Positions 51,060 through 64,000 of a stretch of DNA of 64,000 nt are shown one piece after another; position 1 is the stretch's first letter, and the number at the start of each line of letters is the position of its first letter. Made by a program: the position numbers and the translations under genes. Location: NCBI RefSeq assembly GCF_037042905.1, contig NC_087263.1, positions 15,192,001-15,256,000 of the forward strand. Direction: 5' to 3'. This stretch comes from Lytechinus pictus. Lineage: Eukaryota. Below the pieces are notes generated by a model. The model searched no databases. It was not told the DNA's origin and saw nothing but the letters and a program-made list of their open reading frames with translations.

Positions 51060-51146
51060 AGCCTCTAACAACTATAACATGATGCAATCATGATAAATAC
51101 CCAAGCCTCTAACAACTATAACATGATGCGATCATGATCAATACCC
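51060..51146 (+). repeat. Tandem duplication, 2 x 44 bp
   Basis: agcctctaacaactataacatgatgc.atcatgat.aataccc occurs twice. Confidence 0.9.
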
Positions 51147-51679
51147 TATTATGTCTCCAACTAGTTACAATCAAACAATTCAAGAACAATCACACAATTT
51201 CGTAGGTTTTGGGGGCAGGGGCATTAAATTGATATGGAATCAATGATGCAATCTATAATACTTTTTCCAGAAAATGTGTGGTTTTTTTTTAAAGATTCCA
51301 TGGTGATCTTTAGAAGATGTGAATATACTGATAATCTTACCGTTTAATACGGAATTCTGTAATTCTAATGGACTTTGTGTATGGACAACACCCAATTCTA
51401 GTTGGCAATATATACATTTTCAATTCATTGCCATTCACTTTCTTTTAATATCCAAACAGAAATTTGTTTTGCTCACATTATAAACATTTGTAATAAAACA
51501 TTACATAATACTTATATCACATGCATAGATACAATTATACAGAATTACATTAGAAAGCGACAATACATTTTGAGGGCGTCTACAACTAGTAAATAAGGCC
51601 TGTCCCTTGCCAATAGCTCGACTCTCTCACTCCTTATTCACTATCTTTCACAATACACAACTTCTTTCCTTCTCTCTCT

Positions 51680-51713
<34 letters not shown>

Positions 51714-51806
51714 TTCTCTTCCTCCATCTATCAGTCTCTCTCTCTGTCTCTGCTTGTTCTCTCCCTCTGGTATTATCTCTCTTCCTCTCATTTCCCTCAC
51801 GCATAA

Positions 51807-54000
<2,194 letters not shown>

Positions 54001-55884
54001 AATAGTCATAGTACGGACAACAATAATGTAGAAATTGAAGTTTGTGGAGATATTGAGGCAATGTAAAAATGCAATTTACTTCTTAGAAATATAACAGTTT
54101 CTTAAAAAAAACTGTTTTCTTTTCACTTTAGATAACTGATCCAATATCAACATAATAATTTTCACCTCCCAGTAAAATAAAGTTTAGAAATTCTCCTTTT
54201 AAAATGATAACAGGTTTGTACTACAGTGCCTTGGTATCAAAGATAATACAACACACTTCATTGACGGATTATCATTATGAACCCCATTAAAATATCAGTT
54301 TCATTATACACCCTACTTCTTAACAGGATATATGAAGTCTTATTCGGAGAACATGTATATCAGTATCATTTAAAACGGCAGTATAATCATAATATTGGCC
54401 CGTTCGAGCAGCCCATTAAAATATCAGTGTCATAACTAAGTCATCTTCATGAAAGGAAGTCATCACAATAGCTGTACCCCTAAGAACTACAACACATGTT
54501 AAGTCTGTATTTTCATTACTGTCAGATTTTTAGAACTTGTTTTCAACTATTGGTGTAAAATTACACCTTTCTACTTAAAAGTTTACCAGAATACTCGTCT
54601 GTTTTAGAAATAGCAATATCAAGTGATCATCATTATAATATTAATGACAAAATAGTTTCATGAACACTATTTGCATAGAGCCCAAGAGAAAGATTGTGTG
54701 AGTGTATGTTTGTCCTAAATACCTTGAAAATACATTTTCAAACTCGCATATAAAAACAGGTAAAGTAGTGTAAAAATATGGATTCCACTGAAAGAATAAC
54801 ACAAGCTATTGAATATGTTACCAATATATATATACAATTATGTTATCTATAAGTTTAATAAGTTATCAATATTACCAGTTATAATTAATTAATCTATAGC
54901 ATAACCAATTCAGGTTATCATCAGAGATTACAGTACATAGCAATTGACCATTAAAATACACTGTTGCTAATACACCATTCTTGAAACAATGTATGTACAC
55001 GAAAAACTACCCATTCTTTCTCCGGAGGCCCCCAATCTATAAACCTTCCCATGAAAATCTCCAGCTTCAGCTCATCAAGAGAACCTTTCAGAATAGCTAA
55101 TTATTCGCTCGGTCATCTGAATCCAGATGCAAAAAGCGGAGACCCGTGATTAGATGGGCCTAATAATGAATTAGGGGGTCAGCTTTTTCATGTCGCAAAC
55201 GGAGAGTGGAACCAGAATTGGAAGAGGGGAGATTTCAGCCGAGATGGGAGACCACTGCTAATCGATTGGGATGGACAACACAAGATAGATACAGCCAGAG
55301 GCATTTGTGTTCTGAATCGCTCCAAATGGCTACCACTTATTTTCTGTTTTAAGACCTAGCTATCGACCTTAAAAACATCCGTGTTCTTAAATGATTGTTT
55401 ACACAGTCAAGAATTGTTTATCTCTGATTGGTGATGTTCCTGGTGATTAACATAAACACAGTATTTTCCTGATTTGTCACAATTTATCTGCTAACACAAA
55501 TAATTCAATTCATTGTCATCACAATAGTAACACATTTTTTCGGTTTCTTGATATTTCATTTGGTTTTCCTTACTTTTATTCTTTTAACTCAGAAATATCT
55601 GCCTCATGTTCTATTATAATTTTCTCCACAGTATTCTTACTGGAAGTATGCATAGATATTCATATTTCCATAGACTGTTTCTGTTTCCATGAAGTAGTTT
55701 GGGCTGGAATGGCACTTTCCATCCATCACAAAGACGATATTTGCCAGGCCATGTTTCCGATCTAGACAAGCTCTTTAAACTCACTCTTCAGACTTGTTTA
55801 TCAAGCATTGCTTGACACCTGCACAAATTTATCACTAGGGTTATACTAGCAGTACAAGGTATTATTTACCATAAACATGATATA

Positions 55885-56133
55885 CAGGCAATCGCGGATC
55901 AAGAGGGGCATAGCCATACAAAGGGGAGGGGGCAGGGAGGGGTAGGGTAGGGGTGTCACATCACATCTCCCCAACCATTTTTTTTTTATGATAACCTATT
56001 TGGGGGATTGTAAGAATATTTGGAGAAGTGGACCTGCTTTTGTCAGTGGCATATTTTTTGGGTGAGATCTTTGCCATAGATTTCTGAAGATTTCTGTCCC
56101 CCTGATTATCAAAAAAGTCCTGGATCCGCCTCG
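55885..56133. mobile_element. Degenerate MITE with gcggatcc-type TIRs
   Basis: caggcaatcgcggatcaag ... cctggatccgcctcg; related single ends at ~10441-10459 and ~58206. Confidence 0.5.
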
Positions 56134-57325
56134 GTATACTGAGATTAAAAGCCAGGTATGGCATTATGAGCAGAGTTGGAGGGCCTTCATCGTTTTTTTT
56201 AATATGAGAATCTGCAACAGGAATGACCTCCAAGCCATTCTCATTCGAACGTACTGTGCATTAGAAATCTTTGGTAGATATGGAGTTACTCTATGAAGGT
56301 TAACAGATCAACCTGAAGGTTGAAAAATTCTTTGATCAAATATTACAAGGTAAATCTTGTGATATTTAGAGTACTTAATATACATGTATATACCAGTGGG
56401 TAATAAAGTACATAGTATTATTATTTGTATTATTATTAGTAGTAGTAGTATATACACACGACCAAAAAACGCCTATTAAAAAGCATAATTTTGCTGGCCG
56501 AGTTGCAAAATGCATGGAAAGAACAAACAAATCATGGGGAAATTATTTTCAAGCTGTAACTAGAAATATTTAAAGAATGCAGATAGATTCTCCTTTATTT
56601 CATGATTTCTCCTTTATTTCATGATTTCTCTTTTTTTTCTTTCTTTCTGTTTAGGTCTTCCCACAGCTGCGGAAGCAGGTGGCATGAAACACATGCCATG
56701 TCCTACAGATTTCGAACACTTTTTTTATCTGCAAATTCATTAATGTTGCTTCTAACTTAATATCCTTGTAACAACTGGGCTGAACAATTGTCATGTTTAA
56801 TGACATAAACATGTATGCTTGTACTAGTATTTCTTTTTTGCATTTCATATCAGTTGACATTTACATAGAAAACATTTCAATGTATTCATATTTCATTCTG
56901 GGAAGATGTTAGCACTGCTAAGAAATTAAAAGGTTGCATTCACTTGCTAAGAATGTTTCTTTAAGTTTGGAGAAACATGATGACCTTCAATATAGATTGA
57001 TATTCAAGGTTTTTATGATGGCTTTCAAATGGAAGAGGAATTCATTGAATAGCTTAGCATGCTTTGTCAATACCTTCAATGAGAGAAAAGAGAAGACATT
57101 CTCAACAAAATGGTTAGCAGCAGTTAAAGGGGTACACCTAAATACATGGTTAACGTCAATGTATTTTTTTTTATAAAGGAAACATAGAGAAAGATAAGCT
57201 GGTATACTCTAGACTATTGTTTTACACCCCTTCAACCACATGTGACTTTTCACCCCCCCCCCCCCTCCAAAAAAGGAGAGAAAGTTGACATTGTTAATAC
57301 ACATCAGAAAGTAGATCATCATCAG

Positions 57326-57464
57326 GGGTTCATTTCATAAAACTTGTTCAAATAACAAATTAGCAATAACAGTTAAAAGCTACTGAAATCCTTCCATCTG
57401 ATTGGCTAATTTGTTATAGAAATTGTGCATTTGTTATTATAACACGTCTTTATGAAAGGGGAAC
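57326..57464 (+). mobile_element. CAG-flanked MITE (family of 40486)
   Basis: cag|gggtttcatttcataaa ... tttatgaaaggggaac|cag; core aagctactgaaatccttccatctgattggct. Confidence 0.75.
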
Positions 57465-57537
57465 CAGATCAATTCAGATGGGTAAAGGATCTCAAGTAGG
57501 GGTGTAACTACACCAATCACCACCACCTACAACATAC

Positions 57538-57900
57538 AAGAGGGGTGCAATCTTACCCCTCACCACCAGCCAACCTACCCCCATAGCTGGCTAGTCAATG
57601 AAGAACATAGGGCTATTCAGAAATAAGAGGGGTGCAATCTTACCCCTCACCACCAGCCAACCTACCCCCATATCTGGCCAGTCAATGGCGAAGAGCATAG
57701 GGCTCCGAAGAAAGAAGAGGGGTGCAATCTTACCCCTCACCATCAGCCAACCTACCCACATAGCTGGTCATCAATGGCAAAGAGCACAGGGCCCCTAAGA
57801 AAGAAGAGGGGTGCAACCTTACCCCTCACCATCAGCCAAGCTACCCCCATCATAGCTGGCCAGTCAATGAAGAAGAGCACAAGGCTCTTCAGAAAGAAGA
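57538..57900 (+). repeat. Tandem array, 4 x ~89 bp
   Basis: aagaggggtgcaatcttacccctcacca.cagccaacctaccc at 57538, 57625, 57715 and 57804. Confidence 0.93.
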
Positions 57901-58463
57901 TCACGTACGACAGGCTTTTAACCTAGAAAGCATTCAGTCAATTCTTGGCTCAGGAGGGGTATAAATTTTCACCTCCGAGCTCCCAACATGACAGAATGTG
58001 TTAGGAAAAGGACACCGTTTTGTCTCCGATTGATCAGGAAGAGGAAGAGAGAGGGGTGTTGATTTAAAGAGGGGGAAGATGTGGAGAAGAGAGAAAATGG
58101 AACATGACAGACCTAAGAAAGGGAGAGGGACACAAATGATGAGTCGAATACAAATAGATGGATACACATGCAGTCTACTATGCAGGTAGTTGTCTGAGAA
58201 ATGGCAGTGGTGGATCTAAGGGGCATGGGGGTGCCCCCCCCCCCCCAAAAAAAAAAGGGGGGAGAGTCAGAAAAGGAGGAGGTAGCCAAGTTACAGGAGA
58301 GGGTTCAGGATGCATTACGTACAGCTCAGTAATAAATTAGAACAAAAATGCTTTCATTTTGATTTTTTTTTCTTGTCAAATAATTCATTCCCCTCCCCTA
58401 AGCCTCTTAGCAAAAAGCTGGATCTGCAACTGAATAGAATAAACAAAGATAAACAGGACAATA

Positions 58464-58606
58464 GGTGATGATGACGATGATGATGATGATGAAGATGATG
58501 ATATTGATAATGATGATGATGGTGCTTGTGGTTTTGATGATGATGATGATAATATTGATAATGATGTTGATAATGATGATGATAATGATGATGATGATAA
58601 TGATGT

Positions 58607-58637
<31 letters not shown>

Positions 58638-58657
58638 GGTGGTAATGATGATGATAA
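58464..58657 (+). repeat. Compound (GAT/GGT)n tract related to the 52-54 kb tracts
   Basis: Carries the same interruption gatattgataatgatgatgatggtgcttgtggttttgatg. Confidence 0.9.
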
Positions 58658-59525
58658 CATTAACATAGCCTTGGGAGCCTGAAAGCACACAAATTTTTGA
58701 CTAAATTGGACTGAATGGAAAGTAGGGTGTGAAAGGGAGGAAAGAATGTTAGATTTTGATAAATGCAATTGATTCAATGCTTTGCTGTACCGTATGATGA
58801 GAATAAAAAAAGTCAACTTTTTCACAAACCCAGCCCGGCCCTGCCCACTAAAAATGCAAGAATTAGACAATGAGGATTTCAAGTTTAATGTAATCTCCTT
58901 ACATTTCAATTAAATAAGATGAATTAATCTTAATTTACCACAGTGTTTAAATGTCAAAATGAGCGCATTCAGATTTCAAACTGGCAACTTCTTCTACAAT
59001 CTGGTTCCTCTATCATGTCAAGAGAATATGTCTCAGTATGGATCGAGTGCAATAAAAAACACATTTGTTAAATTTAACATCCAATATGAGTCAAAATTAC
59101 AAGTACAAGCACCCTTGCGCTCCAATCAAATCCCAATTTACGATCGATGCATGCTCACTTTCTTGGAACTAACGTGTTAGACATGGTTTGTAATGCGAAT
59201 ATGAGTCACAATAAAGTGGGACTAAGTAACGCGGTTATAGCAGTCTGTAGACATGCTCTGTTAGGACGCATGTATTCATTGAACCGGGAATATTGTCTTT
59301 TCATTGCATTATTACATGGGGGAGGTAGAGGGAGGGGGAAACATAGAGGGAGGGGGTTGAGAGAAAGAAGAGGGGTAGGGGAAAGGAGATGTCACTAGAG
59401 GAAGAGCCCAAGAGGGGCAGCACTCGACTACATAGGTTTTTAAAACTATCCATAGACATGTCCTTTAAATGGCTGAATATTCTCCCTTGTCATGTATTCA
59501 TAATAAAATCAGAAATGTACATTTT

Positions 59526-59805
59526 GGAGCGTTGTGGCTAAGTGGATAAGTCTTCGGACTCTGAAACAGAGGGTCGTGGGTTCATATCCAAGCCATGGCA
59601 TAATTTCCTTCAGCAAGAAATTTATCCACATTGTGCTGCACTCAACCCAGGTGAGGTAAATGGATACTGGCAGGAATTTATTCCTTGAAATGCCACCATG
59701 CTGTAAAAGGCTGTGGGGCTAAAGCCAGGGTAATAATATCCAATTAAACGCATAGGGATGCATTTGGCAGTGATATGCGCTATATAAGCATGTTGGTATT
59801 ATTAT
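59526..59805 (+). mobile_element. Full-length tRNA-derived SINE (family A), tail type 3
   Basis: Same head and central block; tail aaacgcatagggatgcatttggcagtgatatgcgctatataag, (TTA)n end. Confidence 0.92.
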
Positions 59806-60228
59806 TTCTTCGCAATAACTTTTTACACCTGTAAAGAGTCAAGAGTATACTTGTAGTCTTGTATCACATCATACTAATATACTGCATCTCAAAAAGCAAA
59901 AAGTAACCTTTTATGATTTTTTCCTGGTTTTAAAATGATCGTGTTAACATTAAATGCATTGTATAAAGCAAAGGATAGCATATCAATGTTTTTCTTTCTC
60001 GTTGCAACATAATCGTTCGAACAGGAAAAATAAAAGTAGCCCTCCCCCTTCCCTTCTCCCTAAGCAGATTTAAGACTATTTTTAAACTTCGGAATAATTA
60101 ATTTCCTGCACACTATAGCCCTACATAAACTTCATATTTACAAAGGGCTGAAATATTTATAAAACTTGTGTAGCATAAAAACATTAAATTCATTATCCTA
60201 CCTCAAAATATCCCCCCCCTTCTCCCAG

Positions 60229-60391
60229 GGAGTATTTCATGAAAGGGCAGGACTTGTCAGACGTGTTATCAGACAAGTCTTGTTTTATTATCTGACAGTT
60301 GTCATAGTAACAGTGCTTCTCAGCCAATCAGAATCAAGGTAAGTTATCACATCTGACAACTTGACAGATGAAAATATTGATGAAACACTCC
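60229..60391. mobile_element. MITE with ggag..tttcat TIRs
   Basis: cag|ggagtatttcatgaa ... ttgatgaaacactcc; contains gttgtcatagtaac and ccaatcag. Confidence 0.7.
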
Positions 60392-60444
60392 CACCTCTCT
60401 ATCTCTCTCTCTTTATCTACATTATGTCAGTTTCTTATTCTGCT

Positions 60445-60660
60445 CCATGATATTTGCTCCAGCGACAATTGCTCTGATGGAAAATATGCATCTTTAATCA
60501 GCCTAACGTAAAACCGAACCTCCAAAACTATGAAATAAACCCACATCCTAATCTTCATATTATTCTGAACCAAAAACTCTTTACAATCCTAACTCTAACC
60601 CTATGCCCTCTGATATATTTAGACCGGAGCAAATGTCGCAGGAGTAAATGTTGTCTCACC
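60445..60660. mobile_element. Non-autonomous element with subterminal inverted repeats and degenerate (CCTAA)-like interior
   Basis: atatttgctccagcgacaattgctc vs ggagcaaatgtcgcaggagtaaatgt; interior cctaactctaaccct. Confidence 0.6.
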
Positions 60661-61357
60661 TCTCATTCTCTGTTTCATTATCTCGCCACCCCATTTCACC
60701 CCTCCCCCCTCTCCAATAAATGTCACCTTTGATAAAAGTCTACGACTAATCTCCTCATTTCAGCTGCATCTTATCAATCTCCTGTCCTCCTCATTAAGGC
60801 TTACATCTCATCGCCATGGTAACGCATCATTATTCTGATCAAGGCCGAGAAGACGTGTTTTCAATCACTCTGGCGGCTCATCATATCTTGTGTCCGTTTT
60901 TCCGGCGCTCATCTCAAAAAGATCTCAGGGCTCTTCCTTAGTTATTGCAAAGGACTTGCTTCATCATGCAGAAGAAAAAGCAACAAAGGTATATATCCTT
61001 CCACCCCCTTCGAGTATCACAATACTTCATTGGTTATCTAAGAAGCTCCGTTTTGCGTTATATTATTCATGATGTGGGAGAAGTTAATCGTGGTGATGGA
61101 TGAAGTTGAAGAAATTGTTTGGGTACATGTACTTCCGGCTTGGTCTTGTCTAATTTGATCCAATCCTTATTCGTCTACAAGTTCATCGACTATTTGGTCT
61201 TATTGAAATTTAACCCAATTACCTCCGTAAGGAGTTAGGCTATACCCGTTTTCATCTAATACCGACTTGGTCTAATACCCCTTCGTTTATTATGGTTACT
61301 AAACAAAACTCTCATTCGACAAAGTGTAAAATATCCAACTGGGCATTCGACTAAATA

Positions 61358-61774
61358 GGGCCGTCTGCACAAGCCCGAGTTTTCAAATTAGCGCGCTTTT
61401 TCTGATCCGGCAAATTATTCCGATCTGAACGATCTCGAGATTATTTGTAATTGAGACGCAATTATTGCGCTAGTTCGCAGGATTAATCTTGAGATTGCAA
61501 TCCCAATTCAACTTGGTGTTATTTGCAAAATAGCATGCTATTTTAAATGATTTTATGAATTATCCCGCTAATTTTCAGGTGCAGACGCATTTGGGATTAC
61601 TTTATTCATGGCGTCAGACCATAATGCATCGATCCCTATGATGATGTTTGAGCAAGAATTGCTCTTCTTGCGATAGTGGAGACTGGGTTTCTTGAATCTC
61701 AAGATTAATTGCGAAGAGGGCCGATCGGGATAAAATTTCGAGATTGAGCAAACTCGGACTGGTGCAGCACTGCC
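61358..61774. mobile_element. ~415-bp MITE (Harbinger-like) nested in a TAGACCAA-type inverted element
   Basis: gggccgtctgcacaagcccgagtt / aactcggactggtgcagcactgcc; host arms at ~61130-61355 and ~61778-61825. Confidence 0.75.
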
Positions 61775-61852
61775 TAATGAGAATTAGACTATGTTGGTAT
61801 TAGACCAAGTCGTATAGGACCCAGGGCCAATTACACCAAATTTATAGTAGAC

Positions 61853-61932
61853 CATGCCATGGCTGGGATTTGAACCCACGTCCCTCTGATTGAAAGACCC
61901 GAGTCATAACTGCTAGACCACATCGCCCCCAC
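61853..61932 (-). mobile_element. SINE tRNA-like head only
   Basis: Minus strand gtggtctagcag...gtgggttcaaatcccagccatggcatg. Confidence 0.75.
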
Positions 61933-62141
61933 GCTGCCATTCCAATCATGCTGACGTCGCCATCTCAATACTTTTCCTCCCTTTTCCCTCGCAATCATTT
62001 TGATGACAATTATACACGTGACACCTCATAGTGCATCCCGGATGCAGAGATATTACCCCCATCGCTGGGCCGGATACATAACTGACACATAATATTCATC
62101 TTTCCTCCCGGAATGGCACTTGGGATCTCAACATCATCTCT

Positions 62142-62155
62142 GTTGCCATGGCAAC
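62142..62155. promoter_or_regulatory. Perfect palindromic RFX X-box
   Basis: GTTGCCATGGCAAC (palindrome extends over 62140-62157) in a CpG-retaining unique block. Confidence 0.55.
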
Positions 62156-63499
62156 AGGGCATCACTAGGGGGTCGAGGAGAGCGCCTGGGGGGTATTTGA
62201 TAAGATGGGAGCGGGGAGTGATAGTTGTCTGGTGTATTTCTCATTCGGAAAGCAGCTTGAGCTGAGGATCGTATGCATTATTATCAAATAGAAAGCAAAA
62301 TAAATATTAAAGTTAAAGATGCTACATAATGATCTTTTTTTGCATACACACATTTTTTTTCATAGCATAATATGATTTTCTTTTTTAAATAGGACAACTA
62401 GGAGCACAATATCACGTAAACTATGTATGGCAAAACATATAAAGATCTCTCTTTGCATACATGTTTTTTTTCATAGCGGTCAGGATTTATGATTTCTTTT
62501 TTTTTTACATAGGACAATCAGGAACAAATGATAAATAAATCTGTGTAATACATAGCAACCATCATTACTTGCCCCTAATTCTTTAAACTATCAGGTATTG
62601 TTGAAAAAGTTAATTTTGTACTTATAATTATGACAAGTTGCTCAATGTATCCTAAATATACTCACAGCGAACTAAAGTTGTAAATATACTATAAATTTTG
62701 CATCTTCTTGCATGCATCTATTCTGTTCATAATCAGGATATTTTTTTTAAAATAGGGCACATGCAGTGCACAAATACTATATTTTGGGGGTATATTGAGT
62801 GTGATTACATTCAAAACAGCAATCCTTGGGGGAGGACTATTTTTTCACATTCTTCCTGAGTATGATAGAAAGAATTATGAAAGCTTGCAATGATCATTTT
62901 CATCTAGCCCATAAATTTTCTTTATAATATTTAGAATGGTTCATTTTCTAATCCAGGAGCAGTTTACCTTCCTAGCTCTGATCAGGTCCCCCATCATTTG
63001 CTTGTATATAATCACGTCTAAACTGTTTGTTTACAGGTAATACGCAGACACTACAATAACTCTGACACCGGTGACATTTACCGTCGATAATGATTGATTA
63101 TGAGCAAAGGCTTGGGTGTCGAGGTTCTCGGCGGGCAGCCCAGTCTTTAGCAGGTACCTGGGCAAGACGTTTAGGCGTAATGCTTTACTTTAGTGACAGT
63201 ATGCTCAAGTTAATACTGCATTAGCTAAATCAATAAATGAAATTACCTAGAATTCATAACTGAACTCAGTACAGGAAAATGTTGTTAAGGGCATCCCCGC
63301 TTCCAATAATTCAAGGAAAATAGTGTAGGCCTACCATATTGCCAAACTTTACACCCTAAAACTGAATTTGTTCATGCGCTCGATCACTTTGCTCGCTTGG
63401 TTGAATATTCTCTTGTATATTGAAAATAACCCCCCTCCCCCTCCCCTAAATTCCTTCATACAGCCTAACACTATCTTTATCATATCATAGGCGAGCGTG

Positions 63500-64000
63500 T
63501 TGTCTGTAAATGATATAAGCAATAAACCTAATACCTTTATCTTTGTTTTTCTAACTACCCTGCCCTTTTGTCTCTCTCTCTCCCTCTCACTTTCTCTCTC
63601 ATTACTCCCCTCCATCAGCCCCCATCTCTCTTTCTCCCCTCATTCCCCTTCCCCTCACTCTCCTTCCCTCTCCTTTCCTCCCCCTCTCCCTCTTTATCTT
63701 TCTCCTCTCTCCTCTAACCCCTCTCTTGTTTCTTCTCCCTCCCCTTCTCCACTCCTTTCATCTTCCTCCCTTTCTTTCTCTCTTACTTTCCCTCCCACCA
63801 TCTTCCCCTTCCCTTCTCAATCCATCCATCTCTTCCGTCTCCCCCCCCTGGCCCCAGTCATTTAAATAGTAAATACCATGCATACTATTACGTAATGAGG
63901 AAACCCCCCCCCCCCCTTCTCAATCCATCTATCTCCATCCCTTCCATCTCCCCATCCCCCCATGCCCCTCCCCCATCATTTAAATAGTAAATACCATGCA
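63500..64000 (+). repeat. Polypyrimidine (CT/C-rich) low-complexity tract with a short duplication
   Basis: CT-rich run; tcatttaaatagtaaataccatgca repeated at ~63858 and ~63976. Confidence 0.85.

Noticed and set aside
57538..57900. CRISPR-like array (hairpin repeats), likewise 33210-34290 and 46543-47133
   Set aside because: The intervening sequences are homologous rather than unique spacers; eukaryotic context, no cas genes.
63020..63042. Plus-strand tttgtttacag|gtaata as a ratchet point
   Set aside because: Short pyrimidine tract and weaker donor; within chance expectation.

Overview
AT-rich, repeat-dense eukaryotic (animal) DNA. The repeat landscape (tRNA-derived SINEs, TTAA/TA/TWA-flanked MITEs, poly-C/G runs, CT and GAT microsatellites) looks echinoderm/sea-urchin-like, which is an inference. 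No convincing protein-coding gene is present: the long ORFs are low-complexity artefacts, and the only recognisable coding remnant is a frameshifted LINE reverse-transcriptase fragment (~47.14-47.36 kb). The window reads as the interior of a very large intron or a gene desert. It holds many nested non-autonomous DNA transposons, including a 5-kb TTAA-flanked piggyBac-type element inside a Kolobok-type MITE and a multi-level SINE/CACTG-element/hAT nest. It also holds SINEs with swapped 3' tails, local tandem arrays and short CpG-retaining unique blocks with candidate CTCF and RFX motifs. The most notable signal is two minus-strand sites 36.4 kb apart (junctions 38010/38009 and 1568/1567). At each, a strong polypyrimidine tract plus YAG abuts a consensus 5' splice site, with a second 5' splice site 49 or 58 nt downstream. 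This is the architecture of recursive-splicing (ratchet) points with cryptic RS-exons. All family assignments come from terminal sequences and target-site duplications read by eye, without database searches.
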